From Candidatus Falkowbacteria bacterium (GTDB taxonomy: Bacteria; Patescibacteriota; Patescibacteriia; CAIXNZ01), in the NCBI GenBank assembly GCA_963774955.1, contig CAVZGV010000004.1:195522-259521 (forward strand): a stretch of 64,000 nt of DNA. The letters run 5' to 3'. Both the position numbers and the translations under genes were made by a program. Position 1 is the stretch's first letter; each line of letters starts with the position of its first letter. Of this stretch, positions 19,740 through 27,580 are shown piece by piece. Below the pieces are notes generated by a model. The model ran no database searches and had not been told where the DNA came from. It was given only the letters and a program-made list of their open reading frames with translations.

Positions 19740-21251
19740 ATGAATCCATTAGAGCGGATTAAACAATTTAAACCAGGCGATTGGTATCCGGAAAATACTC
19801 CCTCCCGGCCTTTAATGGTATCAGGTATTGCCAGAGGCTTTACTACCAATATTCTTAAAAACTATAAGCTGGTGCTCTGTTATTTTAGTCAGGGAAAAGT
19901 GTCCTGGATTACTTTGATTAAAGACCAGCAGGAAATAGGAGAACTGATTTGGCAAAAGCAAATGCAGGATAATAAGTATTGGCTTAACCAATTTGCGACT
20001 TATGAGCAGATTAGAAATAATCTGGCTCAAAATTTTGACTTACTTAAAAATAAGTATTTAAGAGAGTTAAGTGATAATCAGCTTGTTGAGGACATAAATA
20101 ATTACGTGACTCAGCAGTGGGCCACCAGAAAATATGATAGTTTGGTAGATCCTTATCTGTTTTATGCGGAAAATAAACTCCCTGAGTTATTGAGGCAATT
20201 TGTCCGGGCCAAGGCGGAAATTGCCTTAAAGCCCCAGGAAGCAATGGAAATTATTACCAAACCAGAAGTACCTTTCTTTTTAAACAAATACTTTTTAGAT
20301 TTGATCGATATTGCCAGGTCAATCAAAAGTGATCATGAGTTAGCAGCTAAAATTTTAGCTGAAGAAATCAAGGAAGCTGATTTACCCCAAGGTTTAATTG
20401 AGCGAATTAAAAAGCATGCAGACAAATATTGCTGGATTAAAGTGGAAAGTTTTTATGGTGCCAATGAGTATACTTTCAATCATATTATAAACGAATTGCA
20501 AAAATTGTTAGCGGCTGATTTAGAGGCAGAAGAAAATCAACATAAAGCCTGGCAGCATAATAAAAAAATAAGGCAGGAATTTTTGATTAAGCACAATTTT
20601 AGTGATGAGATTCGGGCGTTTGCGGATTTGGCGCCTGTATTTGCCAAATGGCAGGATTTAAGAAAGATTAATTCCGTTATGACCACCTATTTGCACGCCA
20701 AATATCTGCAGGAATTGAGTAGGCGGCTAGGTTTGACTGAAGATGAATTGGCTTACCATGATTTTCAGGAGCTAACCCAAATATTACAGGGTAAAATCGG
20801 GCAGGCTGAATTACAGAAAAGAAAAGAAGGCTGTCTGTTTGTCTTTCAGAATGACGGTTTTGAAATGTTTTATAAAGAAGATGTGCAGGATTTAATCAAT
20901 GACATTGTAAATCCGGATTTAAAGGGGATTACTGAATTCAGCGGCATGGTTGCCTCGACCGGCCAGACCCAGGGAACGGTTAAAATTGTCATTACAGTTG
21001 AGGATATGCAGAAAATGAACAAAGGCGATATCCTGGTTTCTACCATGACCAGGCCGGAACATTTACCGGCCATGAAAAAGGCTAGCGCCATAATTACCGA
21101 TGAAGGCGGCATTACCTGTCACGCGGCCATAATTTCCAGAGAATTAAACATTCCCTGCGTCATTGGCACTAAAATCGCCACTCATGTTTTAAAAGATGGC
21201 GATCAAGTAGAAGTTGACGCCAATCAAGGTATAGTTAAAATAATTAAATAA
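19740..21251 (+). CDS. Swivel-domain paralog 7
   Basis: 'WQDLRKIN' motif. C-terminal 'GDILVSTMTRPEHLPAMKKASAIITDEGGITCHAAIISRELNIPCVIGT'. Confidence 0.7.
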   Translation: MNPLERIKQFKPGDWYPENTPSRPLMVSGIARGFTTNILKNYKLVLCYFSQGKVSWITLIKDQQEIGELIWQKQMQDNKYWLNQFATYEQIRNNLAQNFDLLKNKYLRELSDNQLVEDINNYVTQQWATRKYDSLVDPYLFYAENKLPELLRQFVRAKAEIALKPQEAMEIITKPEVPFFLNKYFLDLIDIARSIKSDHELAAKILAEEIKEADLPQGLIERIKKHADKYCWIKVESFYGANEYTFNHIINELQKLLAADLEAEENQHKAWQHNKKIRQEFLIKHNFSDEIRAFADLAPVFAKWQDLRKINSVMTTYLHAKYLQELSRRLGLTEDELAYHDFQELTQILQGKIGQAELQKRKEGCLFVFQNDGFEMFYKEDVQDLINDIVNPDLKGITEFSGMVASTGQTQGTVKIVITVEDMQKMNKGDILVSTMTRPEHLPAMKKASAIITDEGGITCHAAIISRELNIPCVIGTKIATHVLKDGDQVEVDANQGIVKIIK

Positions 21252-21260
21252 ATTAGAAAT

Positions 21261-22715
21261 ATGTTAACATTTTCAGATTGGCAAAATATTTTAAACGAAG
21301 ATTGGTATATCCAGGGCTTTAATGCCGCTCCGATTTTTCTTAATACCGCAGCATATAGTGGTTTGATTATGAAAGACAAGGTGGGGTTTGGCTACACTCA
21401 TTTTTTGTTTCAATACCAAAAGAAATATGCGGAAATGGGTTACTTAAATGATGATTTTATGCGTCTATGGCAGATTATCAAGGAAAAATTGGCGGCTGAC
21501 TCCGATTATTTATCTAAAGTTAAAAAACAGTATGAAACTGAATTGGAGCAATATGAGCCTATTCATAAAAGATTGGAGCAGGAAGATTTAACAAAACTGG
21601 ATGATTCAGAAATCATTAAATTATTAAAAAGCTCTTGCCGGAATATGACTGATGCGGTTGGCATTGCGCATTTGATCGAGCCGATCGGCATTTTTTTGGA
21701 GCAGGAATTTAAAGCTGATTTAAAAAATTTTGTTCAGGAGGAAAAAGAATATAATCGCATTTTCGGCATATTGTCCACGCCGACCCAAAGTTCATTTTTA
21801 GCGCTTGAAGAACAGGAATTAAAAAACATTGCGGCTTTGAAATCTAATCAACAGGCTGCCGCACTGGCTGAACATGCCCGAAAGTATTTTTGGCTGAATA
21901 ACAGTTTTGCCGGGCCGCAGAACATTGATCCGGCGCAATTCAGTAAAAGATTGGCAGCCTTTAAAATGCAAAAAGTTGAAAATCCCTCAGTTTCAGCGGC
22001 TGAACAAAAGAGTGGCTTAATTAAGACTTTAAGGTTAGATCAGGCAATCATTAAAAAGATTGGAATTATTGATTACTGCACTATTTGGCAGGATGAACGC
22101 AAAATCAATGTGCTTAAAGCAATCGGATATTTAGGCAAAGTATTAGCTGAACTCGGACGACGTTTGAACATTGATCCTGTTAATCTTTATTTTTTGGCAA
22201 CTACTGATTTTTTAAATATTAAATCCATAGCCGAGTTAAAATCCTTAGAACCTGAATTGCTGGCTCGACAAGCTGGTTCATTCTTCCTGATTAACGGTCT
22301 AAACCAGGAAGAAGTCGCCAGGGGAAGTGATTATGAGAAATTAATCGATTATAAAAAGGAATTGGAAGTTACGCAAAGCTTTAAAGGTACTGATTTGCAC
22401 GGTTCTATTGCCAATGGCGGCACAGCGATCGGCATTGTAAAAGTTTGCAAAAACTTAAGCCAAATTCACAAAGTTCAGCCAGGAGATATTTTAGTTGCTT
22501 CCATGACGCGTCCCGAATATATTCAGGCAATTAAAAAGGCTGCGGCCATTATAACTGATGAGGGCGGCATTACCTGTCATGCAGCCATTGTGTCCCGGGA
22601 ATTAAATATCCCGGCCGTTATTGGTACCAAAATCGCCACCAAAGTTTTAAAAGACGGCATGAAAGTCGAAGTCAAAGCCAATCACGGCTTGGTCAGAATT
22701 TTAGAAAATATTTAA
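21261..22715 (+). CDS. Swivel-domain paralog 8
   Basis: 'WQDERKIN' motif. C-terminal 'GDILVASMTRPEYIQAIKKAAAIITDEGGITCHAAIVSRELNIPAVIGT'. Confidence 0.7.
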   Translation: MLTFSDWQNILNEDWYIQGFNAAPIFLNTAAYSGLIMKDKVGFGYTHFLFQYQKKYAEMGYLNDDFMRLWQIIKEKLAADSDYLSKVKKQYETELEQYEPIHKRLEQEDLTKLDDSEIIKLLKSSCRNMTDAVGIAHLIEPIGIFLEQEFKADLKNFVQEEKEYNRIFGILSTPTQSSFLALEEQELKNIAALKSNQQAAALAEHARKYFWLNNSFAGPQNIDPAQFSKRLAAFKMQKVENPSVSAAEQKSGLIKTLRLDQAIIKKIGIIDYCTIWQDERKINVLKAIGYLGKVLAELGRRLNIDPVNLYFLATTDFLNIKSIAELKSLEPELLARQAGSFFLINGLNQEEVARGSDYEKLIDYKKELEVTQSFKGTDLHGSIANGGTAIGIVKVCKNLSQIHKVQPGDILVASMTRPEYIQAIKKAAAIITDEGGITCHAAIVSRELNIPAVIGTKIATKVLKDGMKVEVKANHGLVRILENI

Positions 22716-22731
22716 ATAGTATATTAATATT

Positions 22732-24198
22732 ATGTTGACTCTCGATCAAGTTAAAAATATCAAATGGTATCGCCAGTCAGGGGCGGGGATTCCATTGAGC
22801 ATTGGCATGCCATTTTTGGGCATTGCCATCATGAATAAAGTTTCCGGTTTTTATTACCCCAATGATTTGGGTACTTTTTTGAAAACTGGCAAGGGTTTTA
22901 CTTTTTATCATTACTTTGATTATTTTTTGACCCTGGAACAGGTCAAGAAAATTTTTAAAACATTGGAACAAGATCCTGAGCATTTTAGCAAACTTAAGGG
23001 GAAATTTTATCAGGCCGGACCTAAAATGGAAGCCGAGGGTTTAGCGATTCTCGATAAGTCAGTATTTTCTCACGAGTTCCAGCAGGGTTATCAAAAGACA
23101 TATGATTACACTATGGATTTTTGGGGTAATTCACTTTACGTTGACCTGATGGATCCTTTTGAGATTCAGGTCATTGATTTTATTTTTGGTGACATCAAAA
23201 AGAAAATAAACAAAGCAGAATTAAATATTTTAATGAGTCCGGATGAATTGTCCAATTACCAGAAGCAGCAAGCTGAGCTTTTGGAACTGCTTAAAGTCGC
23301 CCAGGCAAAAGGGATTGATAGCAGCGAGGTCTTAACAGGTGCAAAAGAATTATCCCGTAGATATTACTGGCTCAAAAATGATTATGAAAAAGTGGAATTT
23401 CTTGATGCCGATTATTTTATGAATGAAATCAAGAAATTGTTGGTAGATCCCAAGGAAGCTGATAATATCAGCAGAAATCTGCAGAAAAGTCGTGAGTTAC
23501 AGATTGAGAAGCAGACAATTATTAAAAAATATAATTTTTCGGAGATATTGGTTAATCATCTGAATTTTTTCAACTGGGTGACGATCTTGCGAGATGACCG
23601 CAAAAAATATAACCAGATCAGCAATTATATTCTGATTAAAACCATTGAAAAAATTTCTGAGGAAGCAGGAATTGATCTTGAGCTTTTAAAATATGCCATG
23701 CCCAATGAAATAATTAAAATAATTAATAAGGATGCTAAAATCGCGACTGAACTGGAGCAAAGAGCCAATTTGGGCTTAATCGTGTTTGCCGATACCATTG
23801 AAGTGCTGGAAGTTTACTCTGGTAAAATCGCCAAAGAATATTTTGACATCATTGAAAGTACTATTGCTGCCTCGGAAATTAAAGGTACGACTGCTTCACC
23901 CGGTAAAGTTATCGGCACAGCCAAAATTATTTTAAGTCAGCATGATTTTGATAAAATGAAGCCAGGCGATATTATTGTCGCTTCCATGACCAGGCCGGAA
24001 TATGTGCCGATTATGAAAATTGCTCTGGCGATTGTAACTGATGAAGGAGGGATTACTTCGCACGCAGCTATTGTTTCGCGGGAATTAAATATACCCTGCA
24101 TTACTGGAACCCAGGTAGCAACGAGGTCTTTACAAGACGGAGATTTAATTGATGTTAATGCCGATCATGGTTTAGTAAAAATAGTTAAGAAAGCGTAG
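22732..24198 (+). CDS. Swivel-domain paralog 9
   Basis: 'LRDDRKKY' motif. C-terminal 'GDIIVASMTRPEYVPIMKIALAIVTDEGGITSHAAIVSRELNIPCITGT'. Confidence 0.7.
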   Translation: MLTLDQVKNIKWYRQSGAGIPLSIGMPFLGIAIMNKVSGFYYPNDLGTFLKTGKGFTFYHYFDYFLTLEQVKKIFKTLEQDPEHFSKLKGKFYQAGPKMEAEGLAILDKSVFSHEFQQGYQKTYDYTMDFWGNSLYVDLMDPFEIQVIDFIFGDIKKKINKAELNILMSPDELSNYQKQQAELLELLKVAQAKGIDSSEVLTGAKELSRRYYWLKNDYEKVEFLDADYFMNEIKKLLVDPKEADNISRNLQKSRELQIEKQTIIKKYNFSEILVNHLNFFNWVTILRDDRKKYNQISNYILIKTIEKISEEAGIDLELLKYAMPNEIIKIINKDAKIATELEQRANLGLIVFADTIEVLEVYSGKIAKEYFDIIESTIAASEIKGTTASPGKVIGTAKIILSQHDFDKMKPGDIIVASMTRPEYVPIMKIALAIVTDEGGITSHAAIVSRELNIPCITGTQVATRSLQDGDLIDVNADHGLVKIVKKA

Positions 24199-24264
24199 CT
24201 TTTGGAACTTTTCAATTAATTAGGTATATTTAGGTTAGTATTTTTTATTATATTTTCAAATTTT

Positions 24265-25170
24265 ATGTTTAAAAACAGCTTGGAGCTTGGTCCTGATTCC
24301 GTCAATAAATTAACTAAGAAAAAAGAACGCTACGAAAATGCCAGTTCAGTAATTGAGCTTAATTTTTTTCGCCATGGCGACAAGGAAAGCGATAAAAGTA
24401 AGTCTGATTTGGAGATTGAACTGACCAAGGCGGGCGGCAAAGAAGCAGCGGCCAAAAGTAAAACTAAAAGCATTGAGCAGTCTTTGGCTTTGGGCAGCGC
24501 CAGAAACAGGGCTCAACAGACCGCCGGTTTGGTCATGGCCGGGCGCTCTGAGCGCATTACCGGCGAGGAAAGCTTAGCCGAACTCAAAATAAAACTTGAT
24601 CAAGAATTGAAAGTCGGCTCTAAAATCGGCATTGATAAGCGCTTGGATTTTATCATGGACATGAACAGACCCTATGACCAGGAGCTGATGGTGGCTTTTA
24701 AAAAAGGTGAATTTTTACCATTTTTATTTAATGATAGCGATCAACTAGCTAAAGCAGAGGACCTAAAAGAGGGCATGACTTATTCAGGCACGGCCAGTGA
24801 AATTGCCAAGATCGTAGCCAAATATCTAAAAATTGCGCCGCGCTGGGACCAATTGGTTGCTGATGACAAAAAGAAATACTCCAAAATTATGGAAAGATAT
24901 CTGGGCAGCCATCAGGGTGTGGTTGAAACGTTTTTAGCCAAAGTGATTGAAAAGACTAAAGGTGTAGAAGAAAGAAACAACTTTCAGGCAGTCTTAAATA
25001 ATCAGGGCTTTGGCTTTGTCGAAGGCTATCAGGTACAGATCATCAATAAAGCAGGGGAAAAACCGAAAGTATATATTTCGTATAAAAAAGAAAAAGACGG
25101 CCAAACAGTTTACCAATTTAACCAGGAAATAGAGTCACGAATTTTAGAGCAAATTATCAAAGGCAAATAA
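24265..25170 (+). CDS. Histidine-phosphatase superfamily protein (PGAM/SixA-like)
   Basis: 'FFRHGDKES' (RHG catalytic motif), 'LTKAGGKEAAA', 'GSARNRAQQTA' and later 'GSHQG' (second His). Confidence 0.5.
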   Translation: MFKNSLELGPDSVNKLTKKKERYENASSVIELNFFRHGDKESDKSKSDLEIELTKAGGKEAAAKSKTKSIEQSLALGSARNRAQQTAGLVMAGRSERITGEESLAELKIKLDQELKVGSKIGIDKRLDFIMDMNRPYDQELMVAFKKGEFLPFLFNDSDQLAKAEDLKEGMTYSGTASEIAKIVAKYLKIAPRWDQLVADDKKKYSKIMERYLGSHQGVVETFLAKVIEKTKGVEERNNFQAVLNNQGFGFVEGYQVQIINKAGEKPKVYISYKKEKDGQTVYQFNQEIESRILEQIIKGK

Positions 25171-25219
25171 GCAAAAGAAGAAGGCCAGGGAGAAATCCCT
25201 GGTCTTTGGTAAAAGCATT

Positions 25220-25771
25220 TTAGTCCGAGGCAATTACCGCCCTGATATTGCCCTCATCGTCCTGGATGAAGTCAACATACTCAAGCGGTTGCAGACTTCT
25301 GCCGGTGGCATCGCAGGCCATGGCGCAAAGGGAAATGATCGGGTCATGGCCGATAGCCAGACCATAGCCATCATCCGGCATTTGAGCGAACATTTTGATC
25401 AGACCGGATATGGCCCAGTCGCGGATGGGCTTGCGCTCCTCTTCCGTTTCAAAGGCAATCATGAAGGTGGCTAAACCATCATGGCCTTGGGCCGCAGCAT
25501 TTTTCCAGGCCGGGGTGGACAGAGTTTTGAACATTTCCTCATTGCCCAGTTCGGCCACGGCTTCATGCACGCGAATCTCGTAGCCGGTCCGCTGTTTGTG
25601 GCAGTGGCTGGCCAGCGCTGCCAATAGGGTTTGAGCGGTCCTGGCCCAGTCACTGTAAAACAGATCAGTGACATTGGTCAGGTCCACCTGTTTCCCGGCC
25701 TGCTGCAATCCAGCAGCACTGATGTTTTGGCCATTCTTGTCTCCATGCCGCATGTACCTGATTTTCTTCAT
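25220..25771 (-). CDS. Histidine-phosphatase superfamily protein (PGAM/SixA-like). The gene is compositionally G+C-rich.
   Basis: 'IRYMRHGDKNG', 'ISAAGLQQAG', 'SDWARTAQT', 'AIGHDPI'. It is markedly G+C-richer than its neighbours. Confidence 0.55.
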   Translation of the reverse strand: MKKIRYMRHGDKNGQNISAAGLQQAGKQVDLTNVTDLFYSDWARTAQTLLAALASHCHKQRTGYEIRVHEAVAELGNEEMFKTLSTPAWKNAAAQGHDGLATFMIAFETEEERKPIRDWAISGLIKMFAQMPDDGYGLAIGHDPIISLCAMACDATGRSLQPLEYVDFIQDDEGNIRAVIASD

Positions 25772-25889
25772 TTTTCCTCCGTATTTTGTCTTGTTTTTTG
25801 GCTAACCTCTGCGTGATTACTAATATAGTAGCTTATCATATTTTGAAAATAAAGTCAAGAGTAAATCACCTTTATTTTTAGGCTGATTT

Positions 25890-26567
25890 TTGCTATATTT
25901 AAGCTATTATAAGATACTAATTAAGCTCCTAGTTAAAATGATTATGTTAGACAAAGAATCAGGGTTAAACAGAGAAAAGGCGCCTGAATTTAAAAAAGTT
26001 GTCCAGGAATATAAGACATTATCGATTGCTTATGAATTGGCAATCAAGCCTTGCTTTATCTTTGGTGAAATATCAGATGCCTTGGATATTGCCCAGGTTT
26101 ATCAGATTATAAATTTGCAGTTTAAAGATAAAACAACTGGTAAAATCATAAAAATTGCTGACTTGGTTCCGGCTGGCTTTAAACTGGGACTGGTTAAGGG
26201 GAGCGGAGCAAGATTTATCAGGCAGAAGAAATTAATAACCGTGCCTAGCCTCGGCGAACCGGGTAATCAATTTGTTTTGTTGCATGAGATTGGTCATGCT
26301 CATCAAAAAAGAAAAGAGGAAGATAATTTTCATAAGCTAAATACCAAAGACGGCGAATTGGATATTTTAAATCATCTTTCAGATCAGGAATTTAGAAAAG
26401 AATGGCCGTTTGAAGAACAGGCGGATAAATTTGCTGCCGAAAAATTATTAGAAATACGCAGGCAAGGTCTTGACCTGGAGCCGGAAAAGCCCGGTCAGAT
26501 ATTAGAAGATTACATGAAAGAAAGATTAGACCGCTTAAAACATCTTATGTCACTTTGTGAAAAATAA
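25890..26567 (+). CDS. Putative HExxH zinc-metallopeptidase-like protein (ImmA/IrrE-like motif)
   Basis: 'FVLLHEIGHAHQKRKEED'. The exact start is uncertain because there are several in-frame ATGs. Confidence 0.35.
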   Translation: MLYLSYYKILIKLLVKMIMLDKESGLNREKAPEFKKVVQEYKTLSIAYELAIKPCFIFGEISDALDIAQVYQIINLQFKDKTTGKIIKIADLVPAGFKLGLVKGSGARFIRQKKLITVPSLGEPGNQFVLLHEIGHAHQKRKEEDNFHKLNTKDGELDILNHLSDQEFRKEWPFEEQADKFAAEKLLEIRRQGLDLEPEKPGQILEDYMKERLDRLKHLMSLCEK

Positions 26568-26583
26568 TTAAAATTATAAATTT

Positions 26584-27540
26584 ATGTCTGAATTAATCAA
26601 AATTTTCACAGAACTTAATAAAAACAGCACTCATTTAGCCGGAGGTAAAGGCGCGTCTTTGGGCGAGATGACCCAGGCAGGGATTCCGGTACCGCCTGGT
26701 TTTGTGGTTACGGCCAAAACCTTTGACCGTTTTCTGGCAGAAACTGATTTGACCCAGGAAGTAGAAGCCCAATTGGATAAGGTTAATTATGATGATGTAG
26801 CCTCTGTAGAAGAAGCTTCCAAGACAATTGCCGATTTGATCCATGATGCCAAGTTTCCGGAAGATTTGGAAATTGAAATTATGGCGGAATTTAAAAAATT
26901 AGATGTGGAATTTGTGGCAGTCCGTTCGTCAGCTACGGCCGAAGATTCTTCAGTGGCTTCCTGGGCAGGTGAGCTGGAAAGTTATCTGAATACTGATAAA
27001 AATCATTTATTGGGCAATGTTAAAAGATGTTGGGCTTCCTTATTTACCCCGCGAGCTATTGTTTATCGCATGGAAAAGGGTATGCGCGAAACAAAAGTAT
27101 CTGTTGCCGTGGTAATTCAGGCCATGGTGCAGTCAGATATTTCCGGTATTTGCTTTACAGTCCATCCGGTAACCAAAGATAAGAATCAGCTGATCATTGA
27201 GGCGGGATATGGTTTGGGTGAGGCTATTGTTTCCGGCCAGGTTACGCCTGATTCTTATGTTATCCATAAGGATGATCTGGAAATTATAGATATTAATATC
27301 GCCGACCAGGAAAGAAAAATTATGCGCAAACCAGAAGGCGGTAATCACTGGGTTGTGATTGATGCCGCAGACAGGGCTAAGCAAAAATTAGCTGGCGAGC
27401 AGATTATTGAATTAACTAAAATTTGTCTCAACATTGAAAAGCATTATGGTTTCCCCTGTGATATTGAATGGGTCATGACCAAAAAGTTAAATGAGTGGGA
27501 GTTCTTCATCGTGCAGTCACGGCCGATCACTACTTTATAA
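26584..27540 (+). CDS. Stand-alone PPDK_N-type ATP-grasp nucleotide-binding domain (the N-terminal domain of PEP synthase / pyruvate,water dikinase / rifampin phosphotransferase). It has no swivel or PEP-binding domains.
   Basis: 'LAGGKGASLGEMTQAGIPVPPGFVVTAKTF', 'VAVRSSATAEDSSVASWAGELESYLN', 'VAVVIQAMVQSDISGICFTVHP', 'LIIEAGYGLGEAIVSGQVTPDSYV'. It ends at 318 aa, followed by a terminator. Confidence 0.75.
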   Translation: MSELIKIFTELNKNSTHLAGGKGASLGEMTQAGIPVPPGFVVTAKTFDRFLAETDLTQEVEAQLDKVNYDDVASVEEASKTIADLIHDAKFPEDLEIEIMAEFKKLDVEFVAVRSSATAEDSSVASWAGELESYLNTDKNHLLGNVKRCWASLFTPRAIVYRMEKGMRETKVSVAVVIQAMVQSDISGICFTVHPVTKDKNQLIIEAGYGLGEAIVSGQVTPDSYVIHKDDLEIIDINIADQERKIMRKPEGGNHWVVIDAADRAKQKLAGEQIIELTKICLNIEKHYGFPCDIEWVMTKKLNEWEFFIVQSRPITTL

Positions 27541-27580
27541 AAAAAGCCCCGGACAAGAAATTGTCCGGGGCTTTTTATTT
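27541..27580. terminator. Bidirectional intrinsic terminator
   Basis: 'aaaaaagCCCCGGACAAgaaaTTGTCCGGGGctttttatttt' between two convergent genes. Confidence 0.6.
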
